Shown: positions 1 through 12,477 of the stretch, in pieces
Layout: each line of letters opens with the position of its first letter
How positions within the stretch are numbered: the stretch's first letter is position 1
Source: Mobula hypostoma
Lineage: Eukaryota
DNA: 64,000 bases
Assembly: GCF_963921235.1 (NCBI RefSeq)
Contig: NC_086097.1
Coordinates: 49,044,001-49,108,000, forward strand
Direction: 5' to 3'
Position numbers and translations under genes: made by a program
Notes under the pieces: generated by a model
Seen by the model: only the letters and a program-made list of their open reading frames with translations
Told to the model about the DNA's origin: nothing
Database searches by the model: none

Positions 1-1310
1 ATTCCCAGATCTCTTTGTTCTATCGCACTCCTCAATGCCCTACCATTCGCTGTGTAAGACCAACCCTAGTTAGTTCTACTGAAGTGCAAGATCTTGCACT
101 TGTCTGCAATAATTCAATCTGCCATTTTTTCAGCTGGCCCAGATCCCGCTGCAAGCCATGGTAGGTTTCCTTGTTGTCATCCACAAATTTGCTGATCCAG
201 TTAACCACATTACCATCCAGATGATTGATATATAAGACAAACAACAACAGACACAACAACAGTCCCTGCGGCACTACACTAGTCACAGGCCTTCAGTCAG
301 AGAGGCAACCATAGAATCTACTACCCCTCTCTGGCTTCTCCCACAAAGCCAATGTTTAATCCAATTCATTATCTTACCTTGAATGCCGAATGACTGAACC
401 TTCTTGACTAACCTCCCTTGTGAGATCTTGTCAAATAACTTGCAAAAGCCCATGTAGACAATATCCACCATCTTGTCTTCATCCCCTTTCCGGGTAACTT
501 CCTCATAAAACTCTATAAGATCAGTTAGACGTGCCCTACCAAAGTCATGTTGACTATCCTTAATCCGGCCATGTCTGAACAAATACTTGTATATCTGGTC
601 TCTTAGAATATGTCAGCCTATAATTTCCTACTTTATGTTTAGAGCCTGACTTAAATAGTAAAACAACATTGGCTATCCTGGTACTTCACCTGTGCTAAGG
701 ATGATTTAAACATCTCTGCTAAGGCCAAGGCAATTTCTGCACCTGCATCCTACAGGGTCCGAGGAACATTTTGTCTGGCCCTGAGGATTTATCCACCCTA
801 ATTTTCCTCAGTACAGCAAACACCTCCTCCTCTGAAATCTGTACAGGGTCTAAGGAATCAATGCGCTTTGCCTCACTTCTAAAGACTCTATGTACATCTC
901 TGAGTAAATACAAATGCAAGACATTAATTTAAGATCTCCCCCGTCTCTTTTGGCTCCACACATGGATTACCACTCTGATCTTCCAGAGGACCAATTTTGT
1001 CCCTTGCAATTCTTTTGCTCCTAACATACCTGTAGAAACCCTTAGGATTCTCTATCAGCTTGTCTGCTAGAGCAACCTCATGCCTTCTTTTAGCCCTCTT
1101 GCTATCTTTCTTAAGTGTTCTGTTGTACTTCTTAAACTCCATAAGCACCTCATTTGTTCCTACCTGCCTATACCTGCTCTGCTCCTCTTTTTTTTTACTA
1201 AGGGCATCAACATCCCTTGAAAACCAAGGTTCCCTACACGTGTTAACTTTACCTTTTATTCTGACAGGCTTTGTACACTCAGAATTGGACTTTTGAAGGC
1301 CTCCCACCAC
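1..1310 (-). mobile_element. Degraded CR1 LINE fragment (RT region)
   Basis: Frameshifted ORFs with VPQG..LFVLYIN, SKFVDD and PKGFYRYVRSKR; similar to the CR1 at 9872-12321. Confidence 0.9.
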
Positions 1311-1379
1311 TTTTACTTATATACCTTTTACTTTATCTTCCTCCTTCTCTTTCTCCTTCCAGCATATTCTTCCTTCTGC

Positions 1380-1912
1380 AACACACACACACACAATGCT
1401 GGGGGTCTCAGCAGGTCAGGTAGCATCAACGCAAATGAATAAACAGCTGACTTTTTGTGCCGAGACCTTTCATCAGGACTGGAAAGGAAGGGGGAAGGCG
1501 CCAGAATAAGGAGTTGGGCTGAGAAGAAGGAATCTGATCAGAGAGGAAAATAGGCCATGGGAGAAAGGGAACAAGGAGCGTCACCGGGGGAGGTGATAAG
1601 CAGTTGAGGAGAAGAGACTAGAAGCCAGAGTGAGAAATGGAAGGTGAGGGAAGGGGGAGGGGAAAAGAGAAAAATAATTACTGGAATTTGAAATCGATGC
1701 CATCAGGTTCGAGGCTACCTAAATGGAATATGAGGTGTTGCTCCTCCACCCTGAGAATGGCTTCATCATGACAAAAGAGGAGGCCATGGATTGGCATGTC
1801 AGAATGGGAATAGGAATAGGAATTAAAACGGTTGTCCACTGGGAAATTCCGCTTTAGGCAGACGGAGCTGAGAAGCTCGAAAAAGTGATCCTCCAATTTA
1901 TGTTGGTCCTCC
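1380..1912 (-). mobile_element. Penelope-like element 3' fragment (GIY-YIG C-terminus plus terminal repeat)
   Basis: EEQHLIFHLGSLEPDG peptide; acacacaatgctgg...cagcaggtcagg terminus; decayed hammerhead motif near 1446-1482. Confidence 0.8.
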
Positions 1913-2104
1913 AATGTATGTTTGTCTTCTGTTTGCTGACATTGTACTCTGTTTGAACCAACACTGTACCTTATTTTCCCAACCTTGTCTAGGTACATTA
2001 AGACCATACCATTCTACTGTTACTCAGGATTTCACTGCTCTTCATTTACAAGATATTTCCAGTGAAGATTTCCCACTAACATTTGAAAGCACTCTGCACG
2101 CAAA

Positions 2105-2134
2105 ATGCATAAAACAAATGTGTTGCCAACAAAA
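2105..2134 (+). CDS. NRAC: Candidate first coding exon of NRAC-like gene (MHKTNVLPTK)
   Basis: ATG at 2105 with A at -3 and an in-frame upstream TGA (2084-2086). Phase-0 donor AAA|gtgagt at 2135 joins in frame to the exon at 12478. Possible acceptor tttacaag| at 2052. No protein homology is recognised in this segment. Confidence 0.45.
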
Positions 2135-2727
2135 GTGAGTCACAAACAGGTACTATTTTTGAATTTGCCAACAAGGGAGATTAAGTATGAAAGACGCAGA
2201 TGACTGTTGTTTATTTTTATGGTCCATTAAGGAAAATCCAATCAGGTCAAACCAAATACTTGATCAGCAAGACTGACCCTATTATCTTTTCTAATAATCG
2301 AAATTGCTTTACCTTTAAATTTTCTTCTGTCATTTCTTCACAAGAAAGGACTAAAAGATTTGAATTTGGTATGAATTTGGAAATTTTAGCAGAATCAGGA
2401 TATACTCTTCTCAAAGTACATATCCAAGAATGTTTTAAATGTAAAATAAGTTTCTGCTCTGAAGTTTGTAAGTTACGGAAGTCTGCCACTCTGTGGGTAA
2501 AAAAACCTCTCCCTCATCTTCTTCTCTAATCTTTCCATTAAATTATTTTAAATCTACATATGCTTCCTAGTTTTTATGTTAAGGGAAACAGATCCTTTCT
2601 ATTCCCCTTGTCTAGTTCTCTTATGGTTCTATACAACTCTCCCCTTAGTCTCCTGTGTTCTAAAAAATTACACTGGAGTGCTCTTTTCAGTTACCTGATG
2701 AGGTAACCATGGCCTCTGACCAGGAGC

Positions 2728-2788
2728 AGATGTCATCAGGTGGTGCCTAACCTTTATAGAGTGTTTCGATCCTTAACCACGACACTCT
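2728..2788 (-). ncRNA. Candidate non-circularly permuted hammerhead ribozyme in the HERO-like 3' end
   Basis: Minus strand reads AGAGUGU-C-GUGGU uaa GGAUC-GAA-ACACUCU (13 nt) ACCAC-CUGAUGA-CAUCU. Stem III 7 bp, stem I 5 bp, stem II 4 pairs after a C-C opposition. Confidence 0.7.
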
Positions 2789-5131
2789 CCAGTTGGTGGG
2801 TCAGCAGTAGTGGCCAAGTCACTGCCCATCTGCTCCTGACTTCCAGAAAGAGGCTTTCTGCTTCCTCTCTCATCCTGCGAGCTGCTTGGTTTTTGCTCTT
2901 TTCATCAAGGCCCAGCACAGACAGCCACCTCCATGCTGACCTTGCAGGGTACCCTCTATATCCTATCTCCATGGGGAATAGCCATGCCTCCATCCTTTGT
3001 CCCTGCACTCCCGGACTAAGGACTCGTATTTCAGGGCCTTCCTCTCGTGAGCCTCCTTGCATTCTTCCTCCCATGATACTGAGAGCTCCAGCGGATGATT
3101 TTCTTGTCTTTGGTGGACCACAATACGATGTCTGGTTGAAGTGTGGTTTGCACTACCTCTGGAAACTGCAGCTTCCTCCCCATGTTGACCCTCATCTCCC
3201 ATGATTTGGCAGTTTGCAGCAGACTGGATTTGGGCCTTTTTCATATGACTGATGGGGCCTTCTCCTTGATGAAAATGACTGCCTTGTTTACCTCTCTGCC
3301 AGCTGATTTCTTTTTACAGCTCTCCCACTCCAGTGTGTTAGCAAGGGACAGCAGCAAGGGACCTCGTCGCGGCACCACCTGTACAGTCCTTCTGTTAAAG
3401 TTGTTTTGCATCCTGACAGTATGTGTGCCAGTGAACCCTGCTGACCACAAAGCTTGCATTTAGGGTCTTCTTCTCAGCCCCCATGCGTCCTCTTGTGATG
3501 GTGTAGGGAGGGTGCCATACACAGACCGCAGGAGGAAAGAAATGCGGCAGGGCTCCACTCTCCAAAGCTCTGTGCTTGGGAAGATCCCATTTTGTCCAGG
3601 CACCCTATGACCCCAACTTCACTTCCTTTGATACCCACCTTCTGTCCTCATAGTTCCGTACCTCTGCGTGGACCATGTCTCGCCTATCCTATGCCTTTGG
3701 AATGGTGCCGAGCTGAGGCCTTGCCATCCCAGGCATGGGTTGCCAATTATGTCTCTCAATGCAGGGACCTCACTGCCTGGTCTATGGCCGAGTTGGTGGC
3801 CCACTTTCAACCCGATCTTGTTGGAACTCCCACTTGGTTTATTAGCTTGTTATCGTAGCTCCTCACTGTTAACACAACTCTACATTTTGCCACCTTAAAC
3901 TCCTCCACTAACAATGACAACGGGAGCTGTAGCTGGCCTGATCTTATGTAAAGCCCCACTGAACAAAAACTTTGGGGGAGTCCCCAGCCACCTCCGCAGG
4001 TGCTTGATGACTTTCCTCTCGATGCCTTCTACAGTGGTCATGGGGAACTTGTACACTGGGAAAAACTAGAGCAGCCTTGGTAGAAGATCATGTTGGTAGA
4101 GCTATGTTTTAAATTTACCAGGGAGACTGACTTTGTCGATCTTTTTCAGCCACTCTTCATTCTGCTTTACAGAGTCAGTGATGTTGGTGCTGTCCGTTAT
4201 TGCTGCATTAAAGTGCTTTCCAAGACATTCTACTGGGTTGTCCTCTATAGAAGGAATGACTTCTCCCTGTACTTGAAGACTGATCTGACTATTAATCTTG
4301 CCCTTTTTGATCACCATGTTTCTAGACTTCCTGGCCTTGAAGGCCTTCCTAGCCCCAATAGCTAGCTTGTCCAGGGTTTCCAATACCCATCTTGCTTGGA
4401 CATGGGTTAGAGTGGTTACCGTGATGTCATCCATGAACCCTGTATTGCAGGTTGGTGAATGCTGGGCTCCAACACTCGGTCTCGGGTTACACCTGCTGCT
4501 GCTGATATGAGGAGGTTCATACCCATGACAAACAAGATGGGGGAGATGGTACAGCCGGTTGGAATCCCTTTTTGGAGGTCTTGCCAGCTGGTTATAAAGT
4601 GAGCTGAAGAGAAGCATAGCTTGATTCCTACTAGGTAGCTGGTGATCATGTCTTGCGTGATTGGTGGGATAAGGTAGTGGTCCAGGCCAGCTGGATGAGG
4701 ACTTGTGGAACTGGTCCGTAGGCGTTGGCTGGGCCTAACCAGACAACTGACTGTTAGGTCTCCTTTCTTCTGTCTGGCCTCGTGGATCAATTAGCTGATT
4801 ATGGAAGTGTGTTCAAGGCACCCAGAAACACCCGCGGTGCCACCTTTCTGGGTGGATACAGTGGTTCTCCATTAAGTAAGAGGTCAGCCTTTTCACAGGC
4901 ACCGAGAAGAATATCTTGCACTCCATGCTAAGGAGGGAGATTGTCCTAACAGGGTGATTGTAGAGGAATTTTCGTCCTTGTGGACATAGCATCCTTCAGC
5001 CATTTTCCAGCTTGGTGGGATAGAGTATTACTCCAAATTTTCCTCATTATCTTTCACAACCTTGTAGTGTATAACACTTGGTTCTGGGGTGGCAGATGAC
5101 TTAGCATTCTCTCTTGATGATATCCTGGGCC

Positions 5132-6581
5132 TCATGCCACTTTTTGAAAAAGGAGGGAGAGAGAAACCGGGGAATTATAGACCGGTTAGCCTAACGTCGG
5201 TGGTGGGGAAACTGCTGGAGTCAGTTATCAAAGATGTGATAACAGCACATTTGGAAAGCGGTGAAATCATTGGACAAAGTCAACATGGATTTGTGAAAGG
5301 AAAATCATGTCTGACGAATCTCATAGAATTTTTTGAGGATGTAACTAGTAGAGTGGATAGGGGAGAACCAGTGGATGTGGTATATTTGGATTTTCAGCTT
5401 TTGACAAGGTCCCACACAGGAGATTAGTGTGCAAACTTAAAGCACACGGTATTGGGGGTAAGGTATTGGTGTGGGTGGAGAATTGGTTAGCAGACAGGAA
5501 GCAAAGAGTGGGAATAAACGGGACCTTTTCAGAATGGCAGGCGGTGACTAGTGGGGTACCGCAAGGCTCAGTGCTGGGACCTCGGTTGTTTACAATATAT
5601 ATTAATGACTTGGATGAGGGAATTAAATGCAGCATCTCCAAGTTTGCGGATGACACGAAGCTGGGCGGCAGTGTTAGCTGTGAGGAGGATGCTAAGAGGA
5701 TGCAGGGTGACTTGGATAGGTTGGGTGAGTGGGCAAGTTCATGGCAGATGCAATTTAATGTGGATAAATGTGAAGTTATCCACTTTGGTGGCAAAAATAG
5801 GAAAACAGATTATTATCTGAACGGTGGCCGATTAGGAAAAGGGGAGGTGCAACGAGACCTGGGTGTCATTATACACCAGTCATTGAAAGTGGGCATGCAG
5901 GTACAGCAGGTGGTGAAAAAGGCAAATGGTATGCTGGCATTTATAGCGAGAGGATTCGAGTACAGGAGCAGGGAGGTACTACTGCAGTTGTACAAGGCCT
6001 TGGTGAGACCACACCTGGAGTATTGTGTGCAGTTTTGGTCCCCTAATCTGAGGAAAGACATCCTTGCCATAGAGGCAGTACAAAGAAGGTTCACCAGATT
6101 GATTCCTGGGATGGCAGGACTTTCATATGAAGAAAGACTGGATGAACTAGGCTTGTACTCGTTGGAATTTAGAAGATTGAGGGGGGATCTGATTGAAACG
6201 TATAAAATCCTAAAGGGATTGGACAGGCTAGATGCAGGAAGATTGTTCCTGATGTTGGGGAAGTCCAGAACGAGGGGTCACAGTTTGAGGATAAAGGGGA
6301 AGCCTTTTAGGACTGAGATTAGGAAAAACTTCTTCACACAGAGAGTGGTGAATCTGTGGAATTCTCTGCCACAGGAAACAGTTGAGGCCGGTTCATTGGC
6401 TATTTTTAAGAGGGAATTAGATATGGCCCTTGTGGCTACGGGGATCAGGGGGTATGGAGGGAAGGCTGGTGTAGGGTTCTGAGTTGGATGATCAGCCATG
6501 ATCATAATAAATGGCGGTGCAGGCTTGAAGGGCCGAATGGCCTACTCCTGTACCTATTTTCTATGTTTCTATGTTTCTATG
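5132..6581 (+). mobile_element. 5'-truncated young CR1 LINE inserted in the HERO-like element
   Basis: RT with GVPQGSVLGP, KFADDTK and RPHLEYCVQFW; (TTTCTATG)n tail at about 6558-6581. Confidence 0.95.
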
Positions 6582-7545
6582 GGCTGTTCCACCTTCAGTT
6601 CAGTTGCTGGGATTCTTGATTGGTGGACTTTTGGATTGAACTCTAGTCCCTGATTCCTACAGGGATCGTTGTGTGATTCCCACAAAAATTCTTCCATCTC
6701 CTGCTTTGGGCTGGCTAGGGTGCCAGATTTCCACTGGCTAAGAAGAGCCGTGGTGAACCTGAATGGGTTTTTAAACAAACTGTGCTCTCCTTCTCTCTTT
6801 CTCCCTTCTTCACTTTTGCAGCTGCTCCACCCTCCTGAGCTTGTGCAGCCGTTGCTACGACTTGCTGGCTAGAACTTTGACACCTTTTTCGTCAAGTGGA
6901 CTGATTTTGAATTGTTGTTCAAGGCCTTTATCTCTCTTCTCAGGTGGCGAATTTCCCTTTCCCTCCTGTTTGGTTGCCATCATGGTTTAAGATCCCCTTT
7001 ACTCTCCTTTAGGCCGAACGGCTTTTTAGCAAAGTTGAACACAACAGCTGTGAGGGAGTAGATTTTCTTGTAGACAGGTCCTACCAATGTCACTTCCAAG
7101 ATGCAATCAGGTCGTCATCAAACTGCTTCCAAGATACATTGTCTGATGATCTAGGCCATCTGATCCTCTCTTTCCTTGATGAATGGACTAGGGTGTCAGA
7201 GGGGTCACTCAGCTGATCTCTTCTTTTCAACTGGGGCAGCTCAGATGTGGAGAGGTCTTCAACTCTGTGGGTGCTTCCTGGCTGAAGATCTCTCCGCACC
7301 TGAGCTGCTCCATGCCAAAGAAGAGTTCTCCATCGTCTCACCGGATGCTGAGTCTGTGCGCCGCACTGGAGTTGCCTTCGTTCCACAGCTGGACCTCCTT
7401 CGGTGTATCTTGAGGCCTTTGATGTTTCTGCACATTTTGCCGCAATGACACTTTACAATGAATGCCTTCCTGGTCAGTGTTGTTTGCTTGAGCCTTCTCA
7501 TGATCATATTTCCAGTCCTGGCCATTGCTGTTACATTCATCCCAT

Positions 7546-8130
7546 TCAATATATGTCCGCCAGATATTCAAGTTTGGGCAACATCCTTGCATCCTCTTTA
7601 GGTTAATCATTTCTTCCTTGTAATGTGCAGGTGTACGATATGCAACTATTTCTAACATAACCTGTCTTATGTCCTTCGCCTTTCCTCATAAGAATGCCTT
7701 CCTAACCACCTTTTTATGTGCCTTGCTGCCTTTGGCATTTTTGATGTATACTCCAGGAATACCACTCACTTATTGTCTATACCCTTATATGCTTTTACCA
7801 TTTTTTCTGCTGAATATACCAAACCATTTATATCTTACTGGAGTTGAAAGCTTGACTTCTTGGTCCTATCCCAAACTTAGGTCCAGATTGTATATTTTCA
7901 ACAAATTTCCTGTATGTGGCCCCTACATTTCCAAGTCTAAATTATTACATTTTGTAGAAAGCAATGGACCAAAAGCTTTGTGAATCTCCACTGGTAACAG
8001 TCTTCCATTCTTAAAAGCACCCATAAATCACTACCTTTGCTTTCTGCTATTGAACCTATTTTGGAGCTAATTAGCACATCTCCAGGAATTCCATTAATTT
8101 TCTCTGCTTGGTGCCCTGTCACACAGGATC
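7546..8130 (-). mobile_element. Old CR1 fragment (continuation of the CR1 at about 2440-2667 that hosts the HERO-like element)
   Basis: Decayed CR1 RT-like sequence (ggcaacatccttg..., ctccactggtaacagtc). Confidence 0.6.
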
Positions 8131-8168
8131 TTAATAAAAACCAAGCTAAAATAACAGGCTATATCAAA

Positions 8169-8400
8169 AACACAAGAAAGTCTTCAAGTGCTGGAAATCC
8201 AAAGCAACACACACAAAATGCTGGAGGAGTTCAGCAGGTCAGGCAGCATCTATGGGTAAGAGTAAACAGTTGACACTTCAGGCCAAGACCCTTCTTAAGT
8301 CGTGATGAAGGGTCTCGACCCTAAACATCAACTTTTTACTCTTTTCCATAAACACTGCACAGCCTGTTGAGCTCCTCCAGTATTTTGTGTGTTGCTTTGA
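8169..8400. mobile_element. Palindromic pair of Penelope-like termini
   Basis: caacacacacaaaatgctggagg... and ...cctccagtattttgtgtgttg in inverted orientation. Imperfect 10-bp TSD ctatatcaaa / ctgtatcaaa. Confidence 0.75.
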
Positions 8401-8671
8401 CTGTATCAAACCCTCTGCCCTTACTAACCCATCGTTATCTCAGTTAAAAATTCAACTAAGTTAGTCAACAATAACCTTCTCCTGACTAAACCCATCCTGA
8501 TTACCCTATGTTCTTCTAAACGAACATTTAACTTTCCTTTAGGGTTAATTTATTAATGATATCAAACTAACTGGCCTGTAATTGTTTGTTTTTTCCTCAC
8601 TCCATCTTTAAGTAAAAGAGATCATTAGCAGTCCTTCAAATATCTGGCACCACTGATAACTGAAAAATTAA

Positions 8672-9800
8672 TCAGAATCAGGCTTATTATCACTGATAAA
8701 TGTTATGTCTTATGGTAGCAATACAGTGCAAAAGGTATACGGTACAAGAAAATAAATAGTGCAAGTAAAGAATAGTGAGGTAGTATTCATGGGTCTATGA
8801 ACAATTCAGAAATCTGATAGTAGAGGAGAAGAAGCTATTCATAAAACTTAGAGTGTGGGTCATTACGCTCCTGTACCACCACTGCAATAGCCCTAATGTA
8901 AAGAGGGCGTGTCCCAGATGATGAAAGTTCTTAATGACAGACGCTGCCTTCCAGAAGCACCCCCTGATGAAGGCGTCCTTGATGGCAGGGCAGGTTGTGC
9001 TCACAATGGAGATGGTTGAGCCTTCAACCCTCTGCAACCCCTCTCAAACCTGCACACTGGAGTCTCTATACCAGCTCTGATGCAACCACACACAAAATGC
9101 TGGAGGAACTCAGCGGGCCAGGCAGCGTCTACAGTTGACATTTCAAGCCAGGGTAGCCTCCAACCTAATGGCATGAACATCGATTTCTCAAACCTCCAGT
9201 AATGCCCCACAACCCGTCCCCTCCTTCTCCACTTCCCATCCCCTTTTCCCTCTCTCACCTCATCCCCTTGCCTGCGTATCACCTTCCCCCCTTTTTGTAT
9301 TTTCCATGGCCTTCAGTCTCTTTCACCAATCAACTTCCCAGCTCTTTACTTTATTCCACCCCCCGCCTCCAGGTTTCACCTATCACCTGGTGGTTCTCTC
9401 TTACCTCCCCCACCTTCTAAATCTACTCCTCAGCTTTTTTTCTCCAGTCCTGCCAAACGGTTTCGGCCGGAAACGTCGACTGTACTTTTTTCCATAGAAG
9501 CTGCCTGGCCTGCTGCATTCCTCCAGTAGTTTGTGTGTGTTGCTCGGATTTCCAGCATCTGCAGATTTTCTCTTGTTTGTAATCTGATGCAACCAGTCAG
9601 AATGTTCTCCACTGCGCATCTGCAGAAATCTGCTGGAGTCTTTAGCGACATACTAAATCACCTCAAAATTCTAAATGAAGTGGAACTGATAGTGTGCTTT
9701 CCTTGAGATTGCATCAAAGCATTGGGCCCACGATAAAGCCTCTGTGATGTTGATGCCCAGGAACTTGCAGCTGCTGAAGTTCCTACCTTGATTCTTTTGA
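8672..9800 (-). mobile_element. Rex1/Babar-like LINE 3' fragment interrupted by a Penelope-like insert
   Basis: atcagaatcagg tail; KAASVIK..HHLGHALF peptide; similar to 29805-30890. Confidence 0.75.
9089..9582 (+). mobile_element. Penelope-like insertion with short inverted 5' terminus
   Basis: 13-bp TSD tctgatgcaacca (9076-9088 and 9583-9595); GSLQPNGMNIDF peptide; variant hammerhead motif at 9445-9482. Confidence 0.85.
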
Positions 9801-9871
9801 TAGAGTAGAATATATTTCATCAGGAGTTGTGGTGTTCATTCTCTGTTGATTTTGGGGAAGGAAACTCTATT

Positions 9872-12321
9872 CAGAACCATAGAACCATAGAAACTACAGC
9901 ACAGAAGCAGGCCCTTTGGCCCTTCTTGGCTATGCCGAACCATTTTCTGCCTAGTCCCACTGACCTGCACACGGACCATATCCCTCCAAACACCTCCCAT
10001 CCATGTATCTGTCCAATTTATTCTTAAATGTTAAAAAAGAACCCGCATTTACCACCTTGTCTGGCAGCTCATTCCATACTCCCACCACTCTCTGTGTGAA
10101 GAAACCCCCCCCCCAATGTTCCCTTTAAACTTTTCCCCCCTCACCCTTAACCCATGTCCTCTGGTTTTTTTCTCCCCTTGCCTCAGTGGAAAAAGCCTGC
10201 TTGCATTCACTCTATCTATACCCGTCATAATTTTATATACCTTTATCAAATCTCCCCTCATTCTTCTACGCTCCAGGGAATAAAGTCCTAACCTATTCAA
10301 CCTTTCTCTGTAACTCAGTTTCTCATGTCCCGGCAACAGCCTTGTAAACCTTCTCTGCACTCTTTCAACCTTATTTATATCCTTCCTGTAAATTGGTGAC
10401 CAAAACTGAACACAATACTCCAGATTCGGCCTCACCAATGCCTTATACAACCTCATCATAACATTCCAGCTCTTATACTCAATACTTTGATTAATAAAGG
10501 CCAATGTACCAAAAGCTCTCTTTACGACCCTATCTACCTGTGATGACACTTTTAGGGAATTGTGTATCTGTATTCCCAGATCCCTCTGTTCCACTGCACT
10601 CCTCAGTGCCTTACCATTAACCCTGTATGTTCTACGTTGGTTTGTCCTTCCAACGTGCAATACCTCACACTTGTCAGTATTAAACTCCATCTGCCATTTT
10701 TCAGCCCATTTTTCCAGCTGGTCCAAGCCCCTCTGCAGGCTCTGAAAACCTTCCTCACTGTCTACTGCACCTCCAGTCTTTGTATCATCAGCAAACTTGC
10801 TGATCCAATTTACCACATTATCATCCAGATCATTGATATAGATGACAAATAACAATGGACCCAGCACTGATCCCTGTGGCACACCACTAGTCACAGGCCT
10901 CCACTCAGAGAAGCAATTCTCTACCACCACTCTCTGGCTTCTTCCATCGAGCCAATGACTAATCCAATTTACCACCTCTCCATGTATACCTAGCGACTGA
11001 ATTTTCCTAACTAACCTCCCATGCGGGACCTTGTCAAAGGCCTTACTGAAGTCCATGTAGACAATATCCACTGCCTTCCCTTCATCCACTTTCCTGGTAT
11101 CCTCCTCGAAAAACTCCAACAGATTGGTCAAACATGACCTACCACGCACAAAGCCATGTTGACTCTCCCTAATAAGCCCCTGTCTATCCAAATGCTTGTA
11201 GATTCTGTCTCTTAGTACTCCCTCCAATAACTTACCTACTACTGATGTTAAACTCACCGGCCTATAATTTCCCGGATTACTTTTCGATCCTTTTTTAAAC
11301 AACGGAACAACATGAGCCACTCTCCAATCCTTCGGCACTTCACCCGTAGACAGCGACATTTTAAATATTTCTGCCAGGGCCCCTGCAATTTCAACACTAG
11401 TCTCCTTCAAGGTCCGAGGGAACACTCTGTCAGGTCCCAGGGATTTATCCACTTTAATTTTCCGCAAGACAGCAAGCACCTCCTCCTTTTCAATCTGTAC
11501 ATTTTCCATGGTCTCACTACTTGATTCCCTCAATTCCATAGATTTCATGCCAGCTTCCTTAGTAAACACAGACGCAAAAAACCTATTTAAGATCTCCCCC
11601 ATTTCCTTTGGTTCCTCACAAAGCCGACCACTCTGATCTTCAAGAGGACCAATTTTATCCCTTACAATCCTTTTGCTCTTAATATACTTGTAAAAGCTCT
11701 TTGGATTATCCTTCACTTTGACTGCCAAGGCAACCTCATGTCTTCTTTTTGCCCTCCTGATTTCTTTCTTAAGTATTTTCTTGCACTTCTTATACTCCTC
11801 AAGCACCTGATTTACCCCCGTTTCCTATACATTTCATACAACTCCCTCTTCTTCTTTATCAGAGTTGCAATATCCCTTGAGAACCAAGGTTCCTTATTCC
11901 TATTCAATTTGCCTTTAATCCTGACAGGAACATACAAACTCTGCACTCTCAAAATTTCCCCTTTGAAGGCTTCCCACCTACCAATCACATCTTTGCCAGA
12001 GAACAACCTGTCCCAATCCACGCTTTTTAGATCCTTTCTCATTTCTTCAAATTTGGCCTTCTTCCAGTTCAGAACCTCAACCCTAGGACCAGATCTATCC
12101 TTGTCCATGATCAAATTGAAACTAATGGTGTTATGATCACTGGAACCAAAGTGCTCCCCTACACAGACTTCTGTCACTTGCCCTAATTTGTTTCCTAACA
12201 GGAGATCCAATATTGCATCCCCTTTAGTTGGTCCCTCTATATACTGATTTAGAAAACTTTCCTGAACACATTTTACAAACTCTAAACCATCTAGACCCCT
12301 AACAGTATGGGACCCCTAACA
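9872..12321 (-). mobile_element. Young 5'-truncated CR1 LINE with nearly intact RT
   Basis: 585-aa ORF 10049-11806 plus an upstream endonuclease tail (SDHNTI) after one frameshift; (AGAACCAT)n tail at about 9873-9890. Confidence 0.95.
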
Positions 12322-12477
12322 TATATTTACAGTGAATATATGTTATAATTTGAGAATGTTCTGAAATAATCAATTTAACGTTGTCGCTTCTTAAATCAGA
12401 TCAAACACATATAGAGAAGTAGAGAACTTGTGTATCGATTTTCTGGGTTACAGTGTTGAAAATGTTGAAACCAACAG

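Larger units (their letters stand above)
2668..7545 (-). mobile_element. HERO-like (R2 superfamily, restriction-like endonuclease) non-LTR retrotransposon, near full length, frameshifted, split by a CR1 insertion
   Basis: N-terminal zinc finger CHCGKMCRNIKGLKIH; RT motifs GIPTGCTISPILF and GFMDD; endonuclease LELSVSWEE...KALKY, FPMEIGYRG. It sits inside an older CR1. Ends are approximate. Confidence 0.85.

Noticed and set aside
2690..2707. Plus-strand CTGATGA as another hammerhead or a C/D box
   Set aside because: It lies within a simple hairpin with no suitably paired GAAA or NUH strands on that strand.
5120..6590. TSD around the CR1 inserted in the HERO-like element
   Set aside because: No convincing duplication; the flanking HERO reading suggests a few bases were lost instead.
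10049..11806. 585-aa ORF as a host gene
   Set aside because: It is CR1 ORF2, 5'-truncated and frameshifted, with a near-identical sibling at 52450-54808.
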